A stretch of 64,000 nt of DNA from Malacoraja senta (lineage: Eukaryota). The position numbers were made by a program, and so were the translations under genes. The stretch is taken from positions 7,938,001-8,002,000 of the forward strand of contig CM075990.1 in NCBI GenBank assembly GCA_038087875.1. Reading direction: 5' to 3'. Shown one piece after another: positions 1 through 12,894 of this stretch. Below the pieces are notes generated by a model, which had not been told where the DNA came from, ran no database searches, and saw only the letters and a program-made list of their open reading frames with translations. Position 1 is the stretch's first letter. Every line of letters begins with the position of its first letter.

Positions 1-1147
1 ACTATATAGACTTGGTGATATTATGTTTACACTATTATTGTCAATTTGTCTTTATTTATTTATTTGCTGAACTTTTGTCATTTATTACGGGTTTTACAGG
101 GTACTGTGTTTACATATCTGTTGTGCTGCTGCCAGACAGAATTTCATTGTTCCATTTCTGGGCATATGACAATAAAACATTCCTGACTAAGTTCTGACCT
201 GAAAAGCAATGCTCACATCCATGAATGAATAAAAAATATATACATAGATTGAACTAGATATTCTACATCTGTAGAGAATTTGCCATCTATGCCTCTCAGA
301 AGAAAATAATTAATTGATTTTGAGCCTGAAGTGATTTAGTTATTCCCAGTCTTAGGATTGTTATTTATTTTGTCAACTGCAAAAACTGAATTTGAGCAGT
401 GTGGTTGCAGCTGCCTGACTAAATCTCCACAGATCACTGTTTTCTGTTAAGATGTCTTGCAAAGGCCATGGGATTGATGGAGAAATTCGCGATTCACAAA
501 ATGCTGTTGAATTTAGAACTTGATGTGGAACCCAAGTGTTAACACGGCACCTCCACCAACTGCAGCCTCCAAATATGCTCCCCGGTTGTTGTGTGGCATC
601 CAATATATTGCCCTTAGGAATCTACATTTTAAATTCTAACTAAACCGATACTCAAATGATGAATTCATTTCACAGTGCTGTCTCCAACCTCTTCAGTTAG
701 TCTTTTCTTCCTCCATGGCATGGACTTTGTTCCTTTCTCTGCACTTTTAGCATCATCTTCAATTGCTTGTTCTTCTCTTCCCCACAATTCAGCAGCCGTT
801 GTCACTTGATGTAGGAGGATTGTGGAGACCTCTTGCCTGCAGAATCATAAAGCTAAACAGCAGGGAAACAGGCTCTTTGGTCATACCTGTCCATGCCAAC
901 CAAGTCATTTGCCCCATATCCCTTCATAATAAATATCTGTTTAAATGTATTTTCAGACATAATTGTATCTGCTTCAAGGTTTCAAAGTCACGGTTTCAAG
1001 GTCAGTTTATTGTCACATGTACCAATTAAGTTACAGTGAAATTTGAGTTTTAGATATGGCTACCTTCTGTGAGGAAAAAGGTGTCCTTGAGTTCCCACTT
1101 AAATCTCCCCCTTCTCATCTAAAGGGAAAGGAAGTATCTCAAAAGCA

Positions 1148-1367
1148 TTTAAGAAGGAACTGCAGATGCTGGAAAATCGAAGGTAGACAAAAGTGCCGGA
1201 GAAACTCAGCGGGTGCAGCTGCATCTATGAAGCGAAGGAAATAGGCAACGTTTCGGGCCGAAACCCTTCTTCAGACTCAAGAAGGGTTTCGGCCCGAAAC
1301 GTTGCCTATTTCCTTCGCTCAATAGATGCTGCTGCACCCGCTGAGTTTCTCCAGCACTTTTGTCTAC
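1148..1367. mobile_element. Penelope-derived fold-back element with hammerhead motif
   Basis: Inverted arms centred at ~1276; flanking direct repeat tatctcaaaagca (1135-1147) / tatctaaaaagca (1368-1380). Confidence 0.8.
1244..1276 (-). ncRNA. Minimal type-I hammerhead ribozyme motif
   Basis: Minus strand gtCTGAAGAaGGGT-TTCG-GCCC-GAAACGTTgcc: CUGANGA core, stem II, GAAA, palindromic ACGU stem III, UH site. Confidence 0.7.
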
Positions 1368-1631
1368 TATCTAAAAAGCAGCCCCATGACTGATTCATGA
1401 GGCTTTATTTATTTGGATGATGATGGTAATTCTGATCTGGTTGACATCTGTTGCCTAATTGTGGGTTCCGGGCTTGATATTGGCCCTATCCTTGAAGTGT
1501 TGTCGTCTGTGCCACAGGATCCCTTCAGTGTATCGCTCAGATTTGATGTTGTTACCATAATGCTATTTGTATTGATTTTCTTTGGCGGGTTAATGCATTA
1601 GCTGATCGTGAAGAATTACTTTGTGTTGCTT

Positions 1632-1832
1632 TGTAGATTGGTTACTTACTAACCAATGTAGTGCTTTATTATTAGAAGCTCCGCCTATTACATTGTTCAT
1701 ATTATCGCAACCCAACTTGTGCTGGCAGACCATGCAGCTATACAGCAGAAGCAACATGCTGTAGTGTGTTATATGCGTTTTTCAATAAATACTGTTGTAC
1801 CATGTTCGTGAGTATGACTGGGTCATTCGACA
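1632..1832 (+). mobile_element. Solo LTR (Gypsy-like), 201 bp
   Basis: TGTAGA...TCGACA termini, exact 4-bp TSD GCTT (1628-1631 / 1833-1836), internal AATAAA at 1784. Confidence 0.7.
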
Positions 1833-3022
1833 GCTTCATCTTGTAGATTGCACACAATGCAGTCGCAGTTTTCTGGTTGAGGAAAGGATAGATGGAGTAC
1901 AGTAGTATTGAAACTGCGTGTTGTCATCAGGCCAGTTGAGTATGGCAGCCTATTCCTAATAAGTTATATGGTGGAATGGCTCGAAGATGTCTGCAGGTGA
2001 GCTGGATGTCAGGGTGCTCAGACTGCTTTTGTGCCTGAACAGGTTCAGTAACTGATCAGTAAACACCACAATTCACCTTTTCATATCAGGGTGCAATGTC
2101 TTTCGTCTTTCAATGCCTGGTACTTGGTATGTGATGATAGCAGTGAAAACTTGATTATGCAAAGTTCTAAACTTATTATCCTCCGTGGCATTATTAGAGA
2201 GACCTGAGAAGCTAGGCATGTTCAAGCTGAGAACATTAAATGGAGACATAATGGAATTGATCAAAATCATGAATGATTTTCAGTGAATAAGAAGAAACTG
2301 TTTTCCACAGTGCTAAAATGATTGACCACAGAGCACAGGATAAGCAACATAAGAATCAGCAGAGAGATGTTATAATATGGAATTCACTGCTTGAAAATAT
2401 GCTGGAAGTTTCAATATTAACATTGCAAAGGAAATTAGATAAATGTATGACAATGAAAAAATTGCAAGGGTGTGGGATAAGATCATAGAAATACAACTGA
2501 GTGGATAGCTCATTCAAAGTGCTGCCTGTGCTAACTACACTGGGTATCAACCTTCTCATTATTATTGTGTGTCAGGCATTTATTCTGAAGCTACAGTGCT
2601 TTGTGCAGTTTGTCGTTTCCTATTGGGGAAAGAAATGTGCAATTATCAAGAATGTCCTGGGTGTGTTGGTAGTCGGGTAATTCAGAGACAGAGTCGAGTG
2701 ATCTGGACACATAGGTTCATGCCACCACTGTTGCAGGCTCATTTAAATTCACCAAATTAAACCTTGGGTAAAAACTAGTCTCAATTTTTGAAACTAGAAA
2801 GCTGAGGTTATCTCAAACTTATTTACTTGAGTTCAAGTAAATAACTAATCGGTTAAGTAACTGTGCTGTTCTTTCATGGTCCAACCAAAATGCGATTCCA
2901 TTTCCTCAGCAAACCTCAGAAAACACTTAACTCACCAAGAGATCACCCTTCGGTGTAACGCCAGATTATACCCGTCATTTTCAAGAGCCATTTTATCACA
3001 ACCTGCCTGGGGACAATTAATG

Positions 3023-3557
3023 AAGGCACAAGAGAGTGCAGATGCTAGAAAAACAAAGTGCTGTTGCAACACAATGGGTCAGGCAGCATCTATGGAAGGA
3101 TGGAGTAGGGGGAGAAAGGCGAGGGGGTGGGGTGCAGCCTGGTAAAGATGCAGCTGAGGGGGGAGTGATTGGGAAATGGGTGGAGATGGTGACAAAGCCT
3201 AGAGGTGAAAAGGAGACGCAAGGTATTAGGTAAGGAGAGAAGAGGTGGAATGAAATGTGAAGCCAGAAAGAGGGATATAGTGGAAGGTAACGGAGGAGGT
3301 GAGCATAAATAGGGAAAAGGAGTAGGGTGGTTGAGGAAATGTGTGCGTCCAGGGGATAGAGGTGGTAATATTTGTGATTGGAAATTTCAGTGTTCATTCC
3401 ATTAGATTTTGGGCTACTCGAGCAGTATATAAAGAGCAGTTCTTCCAGTTTCTCCCCCTATTCCATCAGTCTGAAGAAGGGTCGTGACCAAAACATTGTC
3501 CATTCACTCCACAGGTGCTATCTGACCCGCTGAGTTCCTCGCCGCACTGTTTTTTGC
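3023..3557 (-). mobile_element. Degenerate 5'-truncated Penelope element with inverted terminal-repeat arm
   Basis: Minus strand near 3370-3452 reads KLEELLFIYCSSSPKSNGMNTEISNHK (decayed GIY-YIG C-terminus). It is followed by a + strand arm starting cagtCTGAAGAAGGG at ~3467. Confidence 0.65.
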
Positions 3558-5380
3558 TGTGGACAATTAGTGCTCATCTTGTTAGTTGCGTCCACATCTG
3601 GATGCCTGGTGTGAATCCTTTATATTTCTAGATGCAAATTTGTTGCAATATTTTCTGTTTCCTTCCCTCCTCCCTTCCTTTTCTTTGGCATGCCCATCTG
3701 TACACATTTGTTCAATTACCCTGGAGGAATGCTTCCAGTTTTTTCTGTGTGTAACGCTGGCTTCTATGGAAGTGAACAGTTTCAGTTCAGCTCAACAGCC
3801 ATGTGCAATGTGGAGTCATGGCCATTTGCTCAGTGGCCAGCTGTCAAGTATAGATACACCGATGAGCAACAGGCATGACAGTCACATTGTTAGCTTACCC
3901 TGCACTTTATTTCATTCTTGCAGAATTGTAGCAAACCTTATCTGCAAGTGCTTTATATTTAACAGGATGCATTCATTTGAGGACAGCTTGGTGTTAGCAC
4001 TGGTCAACATGTATCTGTGGATATCATTTATAATTCCCCTGGATCCAAGAATAACTATCTGCATATTTCGACTCCTGTGGTAGTAGAACTCTGATCTGAT
4101 ACCTGGTTACATGTACATAGGCCAGCAATCCCAAATTCTGCATCTGTGACTGAATTTTGATGAACCAAAGCTATACCAGTGCCAACCAAATAACACAAGA
4201 GAAAAGTGAAAGTTGTGGCTGCAAGCTGAATTTTGCAATAACCCAGTAAGTATAGTACTCAGGGCTTAACTCAAAACCTGAACTTCAATGTCCTCCATAT
4301 GTGGTATTGGCTTCTTTCAGGCTTACCACAACCGAAATGCCTCCGTCATCATTTAATTTCTAAATCATGGCTCCAGCCTTTAGATTTCGTGCATGCATTG
4401 ATATTTTCTTAACGTATGAAAGGTAAACGCTATTATATTGGTTAATGTTTTCCTACACTGGAGTGGCAGAGAATGCAGTGTTTGGAGTATCCAGGAATAG
4501 CCATACATTGTGGAAACTGCTCAGCTGCTGTGCTTGCCCTGTTACTCACTTGGTCTGGTACATACTAATTATGCCTTGGCACATCTTCCATTTCTCATTA
4601 CTCGATGGGTTATGAATGGTTTAAAGGGTAGTGACTGCGACAGAACCCAATGTTGCATTTCTTGTAATTGAAACGTGGCATTGACAAACATCTGTTGGTG
4701 TTTGTGAAAATCCAATTGCCTGCTCATTAACAAACCCAGAATGTGGCCAGCACATTTACTTTATGGCTCAACGCCTGTGGTTTTATAGGTTTTGATTCTT
4801 GACCATTCTTGATGTGTTTGCATCCTGTGACTGTGGGCAGATGGTTGCTGAAACAATTGGTCTTCAAGCTTGGCCTGGAGTCGGTGCATTTTCTGTATGT
4901 TGTGACATTGAAACTGGTGTCTGGATTACTTGGTGCTCTCTCCAGGTACGCAGGGCAAGGTGGTTCAGTTCATTGTTGCAATTAAGCTGTAGTGAACAAA
5001 TATCTTTCAATAATGCAAGGGTTAAGATTGCCAGGTTGGATAATCTATCTGGCTCAAGGTCTGCTTGAAATAAATATATTTAAAGAGTGGACACAAATAC
5101 TTAAACTATTTAATCAGCTCATTAATCGGAGGAACTTAATTGAAAATATTTTGTGTAATGGAATGAAAAGTGAGTTGACTTTGCACCACACGTTTGCTTG
5201 TCTTTGGTATTTTGTCAATTGACAAAATTGTCAGATTTGTGGTATGTCAGGTTTAAATTTTGGCTTTTAAAGTTTTCAAAAAGCATAAATCTGATGTAAG
5301 GAGCAAATGAAAAGGGTGCTAAGTGTGATTCTGAACACACTGAGTTCCTGGGGGGTTTTCTGGCCTTCCATGGGTTCGTA

Positions 5381-5606
5381 CAGGGATTCCCAACCTTTTT
5401 CGTCCCGTTTACCCTAGGCAACTTTAATAGCACATAACAATGTTATTTCACTTATTTATGAACAACTAATGATAAACAGATACCAGAACCAAACACAGTC
5501 AGTCAATGAGAAAAAATATGTACAAATCCTGAATCAACTAATTTACCCACAGGGTAGGTGAAATTTAGCCACTGGGGGTAAATTTACCTCAGGTTGGGAA
5601 CCCTTG
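5381..5606. mobile_element. hAT (Charlie-like) MITE
   Basis: TIRs CAGGGATTCCCAACC / GGTTGGGAACCCTTG; imperfect 8-bp TSD ggttcgta / ggttagaa (6/8). Confidence 0.75.
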
Positions 5607-6859
5607 GGTTAGAAAGTTGAAGGTTGCAAAACAAAGTTAGCCACAACCACTCTGGTACGCCTGCAACAGCTGATTATAAGGAAACACCAGTTACTTCAAT
5701 TGTAGATGTAGGAAAATGCAACTGTAAATTTACTTGCTACTTGGGCGGTACCTTGGCCCCACTACGATATTATCAGTTCTCTGGTGGTTAATGCAGCCAA
5801 TGTTGGAATCCAGACCTCCGACGTACCTGGTGGAAAAGTTGTGTGGGTATTTTGTAAGGTTGTGCCCTCCGTTTGTCATTTAATGCAGGACTTCTGTGTG
5901 CTCCTGGTGCATGAGCTCAAGATCTCAATACCGTTGAATGCTGTTCGGAGGCAAACCAGGCCAGCGATTCCCAGAAGCTTTGAGGAAGCTTATATATAAT
6001 TTGACAAGTAATGGAAGATTGTAAGAAGGTTATAATAATTGTGGATGACTTGATTTGTCTAATGTTTATCAAGATGAAGTTGATAAAGGCATCCTTGAAG
6101 AAGAGTTCATAATGAATTCCGGTCTCAGAACAATAAATTGTGGAATCAACCAGATTGCAGGCTCTTTTAAATCTTGCCATGTGTAACAAGATGGGATTAA
6201 TTAATGATCGCATGATAAAAGATTCTCTGGGAAGCGTGGTAACATGGTACCATTACGCATTTTTAGTATCAGAGTGAGAAATAAAAATAACTAACTCTTG
6301 CCCCAAGTTAAGTAAGTTAAACAGTTATGATTGTAGAGGTGGCTAAAATAGAAAAGGAAAATAGATTGAGGAAAGATGGTAGATTAGCAGTGGCAGACAA
6401 TTAGAGGTAGTTAATCATTCTCAGTAGGCATTCCATTGAGATATAAAGACAATGAAAATCATCATTCATCTGTGGTTTACTAAAAAACACCCAATTATAA
6501 AATATTTGGATATGGAGAATAAGTGAAATCCCATTTTACAGTGAGCTGATGAAAGCACGGCTGGAGTGCTGCGTACAATTTTAGTTTCCAAATTCAAGGC
6601 TAGTGTGTTTCCTTTAGAGGCAGTACATGGGAATACATTGATTCATGGGATAAAGTTGATGTATGAAGAAATACAGAACAAGTTGAGGTAATTCTTATTT
6701 CAGTTCTGAGGAATGACTGGTGTTCTTATTTAAATATCTAAAATTCGGAGATAGGGTTGTCAGGGTGGAATTTGGGAGAATCTTTTACTTTGCTAGGTCA
6801 ACAACTTGGGGGCAACACTTTCAGAATAAGAGGTTGTCCATTTTACATGGATATGAAGG

Positions 6860-8200
6860 GTAGAGCTGCTGCCTCACAGCACCTAAGACTCGAGTTCAAT
6901 CCTGACCTCAGATGCTGTATGTGTGGAGTTGCACAATCTTCCTGTGACAGTGTGGGTTTCCTCCGAGTGCTCCAATTTCCTCCCACATCCCCAAGACGTG
7001 GGTTTGTAGGCTAATGGGCCTGTCCCACTTGGCCGTCATTTGCACGCCATTTACGCGACCTCGCCGTCGCGTTGAGACGCACGGGTAGCGTGTGGGCGGC
7101 AATGGACGGTCTCATGGAGAAGCGCGGAGGGGTATGGAGTTGTGCGCGGTATCGCACGGCGCTCCAGGATTTTGTAGTGCACAAAACTTTCGTTGTGACA
7201 TATCGCGTACGCACGCGGACGTATTGCGGTTGCACGCTGTCGTCCTGACCTCGTACGTGCAGTATGTACTATCACGAATCAACTATCACGAATATTTTGA
7301 TTGTACATGCTTTTGATGGTGGAATGTAGGTGCATTTTGCGATGGAGTTTGAAATCAGAAAGTCCCCAGAGAATAAGTCATCTCTATTGAGTCATTTGCC
7401 TGTATACATGTAGGTGACATATTGCGGTCGGCAGATCTGCGACGTTTGATGCTGATGATGATTCATTAAAAATTGCGAATATTCAGACACTTGACACTCT
7501 TATAGAGTTTAAAACATTTTGTTCAACGGGCAGCTGCACCGATAATTGAGTTCGCGGCGCAAGGTTCAATGTTAATGCAAGGTCAGGAAGTCAAAGAACA
7601 ATATTTGGTATTTTGCTTATACGCTGAGTCGGCTCTGATTATTTTACCTGTTCATTTATTTTTTGTTCCAGCTTCACTCACAACGTGTCAAGTTCTCGTC
7701 ATTTCGAACCCCTATCCCACACCCCCAAGGGAACGTGCAAAAGTCCCTTAATTACCATTTCCTCAGTGCGGGGTGCCATCCATCCGCAATACAGCGATTG
7801 GAACCAATACCATTTGTACTGAGCACGGAGCAAACGTGTATATTCCGTGGGGGGGAAGGGGAGGGGAGGATGAAAACATAACCCAAAGCAACCAATTTTC
7901 TGAATTACACCATAATTCGAAAGAGAATACAGTATTATGCACTAAACAACTTTCCACTGGGTATTCAAATGACGTCACGCGCTCCAGACGGCTGTGCTGA
8001 CGCATGAAGACGCGCGTGACAGTCCAGCGTCAGTCACTATCGATCTGTCGCGTAAATGACAGCCAAGTGGGACAGGCCCTTAAATGACCTCTGCAAATTG
8101 CCCCTTGTATGTAGGGAGTGGATGAGAATCTGGGATAGCATAGAACTAGTGTGACCAGGAGATCGACAGTCAGTATGGACTCAGTGGGTTAAACGGACTA
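6860..8200 (+). mobile_element. tRNA-derived V-SINE/HE1-like element split by a Harbinger insertion
   Basis: Head tagagctgctgcctcacagc...gagttcaatcc and V-domain tgtgggtttcctccg...cctcccacatccc before 7014. SINE resumes at 8084 through the CR1-like tail ggactcagtgggttaaacgg. Confidence 0.75.
7015..8080. mobile_element. Non-autonomous PIF/Harbinger-type DNA transposon (1066 bp)
   Basis: TIRs gggcctgtcccacttggc / gccaagtgggacaggccct; TAA TSD at 7012-7014 and 8081-8083; CpG-rich subterminal regions. Confidence 0.85.
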
Positions 8201-8596
8201 TTTTTTTCAAATTAACACTTTCTTTCCTCTGGATTGTAACCTCTCGGAATTCTATATTGTGGGGAACAGGCCACAGAATATAGCTGAAGTCACAATCGTG
8301 TTGAACAGGGAAATAAACTCAAGGTGCAAGATAGCCAACTCCTTTTTCCAATTAATATTCACTACCCAAAAAAGCAGCGGCTTTTAAACTTTCCTGGTAT
8401 TTTTCCTTTCGAACAAAATGGTATTTCCATACTACTTGATCGTCACATTTAATTTTCTCATTTCTAAGTACTGCAGACTGCAATATTTGTTAAATCATTT
8501 CATTGCAATCTGATTTGTTGTATTGTTGAAGCAGATTTGCATGGACCAGTGCACGGCCCTTCCTCCTGATATCTTGTTGATGTGCTTCATCTGCAG

Positions 8597-8772
8597 GGCG
8601 TTACGACATTGTGAGCAGTTGATCACACGGTATAATCGGGAAGACAGCAAGATCTGCCTAGCAAACAGCAATTCTCTTCCTGGGTACAATGCCTCATGTT
8701 ATATTGGCAAAGCAGTAGAGGACTGCATGAGAGCCATCTTTGGTGTTCTGCTAAACTTGACCAATGACAATG
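8597..8772 (+). CDS. WAPL: WAPL internal coding exon (first one visible; upstream exons lie outside the window)
   Basis: Acceptor ctgcag|G, donor G|gtaagt; 176 nt (1+58x3+1). Encodes [58 protein letters not shown], matching the vertebrate WAPL motif [21 protein letters not shown]. Confidence 0.96.
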
Positions 8773-10481
8773 GTAAGTTTCGTCGGAACAATGCCTGTTC
8801 CCTGCCATCTGCGTTAAGGCGTTAAGTTAATAGTGCATAAAATATTAAAGTTTGAGACCAAATGTGTCTTTCGTAGTGGATTGTAGTAAACTGCTGTGGT
8901 GCATTATTAAGCCAGAAAAACCACAAGTTGTTGCACGTACTTCTAAATTCCTCCAAGTTCAACAAGTTACTCATTACTGGCCCTTTGCTTCAGTCTTTAA
9001 ATTGAAAGCGCATTGCCTGAAAATCGACCTAGCTTCCCAACAATGAATGATCAAAGAATTTGTATGCTCAGTACCTCGGCAAGTCTGCCATATTCCGTGT
9101 CGCTCTATAAATATCACTTTACAATAATTGTAGCAACTGCCAACACCAGAACTCAGCCACCCTGTTGTTGTTCTGTTCATTTCAACATGGTGCTACCTGT
9201 TACCGGCCCGTAAAGTTAATAGAGCAGGTTCCTGATAGTGGAGTTTTACCGAAACAATCTGGTAGCATTTAACAATGTGCTTTCAATAAAACTACTTCCT
9301 CTTCTTTGCAAATTTCAACTTACTCATTAGGGAAGGTTAAGTTTTCAGTCAGTGACCAGTTGCACTGCTCTCCCATAAATTGTGATGGTGGAAATGTATC
9401 CAGACTTTATCTCTAAAGAGTACTGTTACTTTGAGAGACACATTTCCAGCTTAATTGTGTTTGTGGGCAATTATTCTGCTGCTTCCCTCCATCTGTGATG
9501 TTCAATTAGATTTTACGCACAGCTAACAAAAGGCAAGCATGACTTAAAATTGAGAAAAATCAACGTGCCGATTCTGGAATACAAAACAAAAACGGAAATG
9601 AAGACAAACAGCATCCGTAGAAAGAGAAACTAGTTAATGCCTCAGATCGAAGATCCTTCATCAGAATTTAAGGTTCCCCATTAAGTTAAATAATTCTGTT
9701 CAGTTCCAGGATTTTATAACGTTGCTTTTATCTGATAGCTAATTTTGAGGGAACTTAAAATCTCCACTCTTAATTGATTAAAATCTCCATTCTTAATAAT
9801 TAATTAAAAGTATTCAGGTGAAGGTCTTGGACCTTAAACATTAGCTCTGCTTCTCTTTCCACAGGTGCTGCCTGATCTACTGAGTGTTTCCAATGTGTTT
9901 TATTTCAGATTTGCAGCACCTGCGTTTGTTTTTGTATTTGCATCGATTGTTAGCTTGTTATCTGCAGCTGTTTGTCTTTCCTTCTCACTGGGCTGCAAAG
10001 TACGGTGAAATAATTCTTTACTGCATTGAGCCATGCATTGGAAGCACCAGGGTTCAGCAACCTTCAAATACCACTCTGTCAGGCACCTGTTCCATCTGTG
10101 CAAGTACCTGTGGGTCCTGCATTGTCCTTCTTAGTAACCTCAGTCCCACAAAGCAAGAGTAGAAACAAGTCATCCTTGAATCCGAAGAAGAAGTTGTTCA
10201 ACACCGATGCAGGCCTGTTTCTCCATAAGGGTCACGTGGTAGTCATTCCTACTGTCATGTATTAAATATCTGCCATGGGATTGGTTAAGGTGAGGGTGAA
10301 TTAAGATATATTTATGGCTTATTTTGGTACGCCCAGCAGAGTCTTGCAGTGAAGAGCAATTGCTTCTTTCAATTTTTCTCAACTGGGCCATTTAATGCAG
10401 AGGAGCCCCCATGTATCAGCAGAGAGAGGAGAGCTTTCTGTTGTTGGTGGGATTGAATGCACCCAGGGTTTGTGATGACTG

Positions 10482-11018
10482 GTATACGATACGATAGAAC
10501 TTTATTTATTCCAGGAGGGAAATTGATCTGCCAACAGTCATAAAAACACAAAATACATGAAATTAAAGTGTCGAGTGGAAAGGTTGGGGGGAGGGGAGTC
10601 AGTCTAAGATGACCCCACGACAGAAGGGGGAAGAGTTGAACAGTTTGATAGCCGCAGGGAAGAAAGATCTCCTGCGGTGTTCTGCCCTGCATCTTGGTAG
10701 AACCAGTCTATTGCTGAAGGTGATCCTTAGGTTGATCAGTGTGTCGTTGGTGGGTGGGGTGAGCTGTATTGTCCAGGATGCTCTGTAGTTTGAGGAGGAT
10801 TCTCTCCTCCAAGACCTCCTCCCATGAATCCAACTCCGCTCCCAGGACGGAGCCAGCCTTCCTGATGAGTTTGTTAATCCTATCGGCATCTGCGGCCTTT
10901 GCCCTGCTGCCCCAGCACACAACAGCGAAGAAGATGGCACTGGCTGAACATCCGCAGCATCTTACTGCAGACGTTGAAGGAGCGTAGCCTTCTCAAAAAG
11001 TACAGCCGGCTCTGTCCG
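10482..11018 (-). mobile_element. Rex1/Babar-like LINE 3' fragment
   Basis: Frameshifted peptide WGSRAKAADADRINKLIRKAGSVLG...LQSILDNTAHP / FSNRLVLPRCRAEHRRRSFFPAAIKLFN; tail aataaagttctatcgtatcgta. Confidence 0.8.
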
Positions 11019-11249
11019 TTAGCATTCTGCCAAGTATAAATCTGCGAGTATGACTATCTCGAGCTGTCACGAAACAAACTGTAGTTCAACTCTCCCTTTT
11101 AAATCAAGAGTTGCGAGGGTTTTTGGTGAGGTTAACTGCTGGATGCAATATTGCAATGTTTGAGATCGGTGAGTTTGTGTTCTTTTCAGCAGTTACAATG
11201 GAACTAAATTATACACTGAAAATTCACAGAACATTTCAGAGCAGTGAGC

Positions 11250-11682
11250 AGAGGGAACTCACTTGGGATGCCTGAAGTCACAGGTCAGACTGGGAAGGGA
11301 CAGGAAACTTTCTCCACCAACAGCCATCAGTGAATCAGATCGTGTTTTTACCAGAATCTGGTAGCTTCATGATTAGAATTAGTGGCCCCAACATTGGTTT
11401 AAACGTTTCAGATTTATTTAATTACTTAAATTTAAAATCCCGACCGCCATGTTAAATTTAAAGTCCTCACCTGCCTGTCTGGACCAGTGCTCATGAGGAT
11501 AGAGGCTGAAGAAGGGTCTCGACCCGAAACGTCACCCATTCCTTCTCTTCAGAGATGCTGCCTGACCCGCTGAGTTACTCCAGCATTTTGTGTCTATCTT
11601 TGGTTTAAACCAGAATTGCAGTTCCTTCCTACACACTCAATGCTCAGGAGGTCTGGCTTCTGGCCGATAACCTACCCTCTAC
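11250..11682 (-). mobile_element. Old SacSINE1/DeuSINE-like SINE interrupted by a Penelope terminal repeat
   Basis: Minus strand catgaagctaccagattctggtaaaaacacgatctgattcactgatgg...gtgacttcag resembles the shark Deu-domain SINE as I recall it; head fragment at ~11640-11682. Confidence 0.55.
11506..11634 (+). mobile_element. Single Penelope terminal repeat beginning with a hammerhead core
   Basis: CTGAAGAAGGGTCTCGACCCGAAACGTCacc...agatgctgcctgacccgctgagttactccagcattttgtgtc...gcagttccttcctacac. Confidence 0.8.
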
Positions 11683-11802
11683 ATTTCTGTGGGTATCCAA
11701 CGATGTCTCGCTTATTATTGATGCCATTTATTTGAGAAGTAAACATTGCTCATTTTTCAGTTTGTTCAACTATTCATTACATTGTTCTTTTGTCTTTTTT
11801 AG

Positions 11803-11918
11803 AGTGGGGCAGCACCAAGACTGGTGAGCAAGACAACCTCATCAGTACAACCATGAATTGTGTGCTTCAGGTGCCGCAATACATACCTCAGGAACAGAGA
11901 TTTGATATTCGAGTACTG
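11803..11918 (+). CDS. WAPL: WAPL coding exon
   Basis: Acceptor ttttttag|AG, donor CTG|gtaaga; 116 nt, phase fits the previous exon (G|AG = E). Encodes [39 protein letters not shown]. Not in the ORF track. Confidence 0.96.
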
Positions 11919-12734
11919 GTAAGAAAATGACATTATTTCCAGCCCAGCTTCTCTCCTAACATGATAAATAGAATTGTATTTACCAGCTCAATGCCTCTTT
12001 CAATGTGAATATAATCAACTTCTTTGAACCGGATAATCGGTTGCCTCTGTGGCATACATTTCGCTCTGTGTGAAGACCAGCAGCACCAGTGCTTTGCATT
12101 GATCTCTAAGGAACATAACATGGCAGATTGGACACCTGATAGTGATTTAGTCAGTTGAGGTATTGTGCTGATTTGAGTTATTAGATAACGTGAAGGCAGG
12201 TCCGATGAAGGGTCTCAACCTGAAATGTCCCCTTTTCCTTCTCTCCAGAAATGCTGCCTGTCCCACTGAGTTACTCCAGCTTTTTGTGTCTCTTCGGTAC
12301 TGATTCTGGATGATCAGCCATGATCATATTAAATGGTGGTGCTGGCTCAAAGGGCCAAATGGCCTACTCCTTCACCAATTTTCTATGTTTCTCTATGGTA
12401 GGCAAGTTAACTATTATTCAGCTACCCACTACACCCTTTAACATGAGAATCACTGATTTTTCTGGCATGCTTTCTGCTCATCGTCTTCACTGAGCCAGCC
12501 TAGTGATAAAGGTGCACAGTGGTATAATTCAGCTAAGGCCACGGTGTGTAACTAATGTGTAATTAGTTGGTGTCTATTAAGAATTACAACCAAGATTTGT
12601 TTGTTTAGCCTGGTGATGTATAATCTCTCAATAATGCTCAATTTAAATGTGTGAACAAAAGATCTCCAGCCAATATAAGTTAAAGATTCCAAGCCCTAAC
12701 TATTAAGAACACATTTTTCCTTGTTTTTGTGATG

Positions 12735-12894
12735 ACAATACTCGCAGCATTGTCGTAGGTAGGTCGTAGCGGGCCGTGATGCTAGTCGTAGGTACTCGTG
12801 GCATCAAGTAGGTCGGGGCATTTTTCTAGCCTGATGAAAAATGTCCACGAGTAAAAAAGGTCATGAATTAGGTCGTGAAAGTGGGACAGGCCCT
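12735..12894. mobile_element. Truncated Harbinger-type MITE (one end)
   Basis: Ends gaaagtgggacaggccct|TAA; internal atgtccacgagtaaaaaa is the reverse complement of the interior of the 50155-50463 MITE. Confidence 0.65.

Noticed and set aside
1148..1367. miRNA precursor or DNA-transposon MITE interpretation of the palindromes
   Set aside because: Arms are high-copy Penelope terminal repeats with asymmetric ends and long variable TSDs, which fits retro-insertion better.
1..8596. Additional upstream WAPL exon
   Set aside because: I found no frame matching the expected preceding WAPL peptide by eye; treated as intron, though a small exon could be missed.
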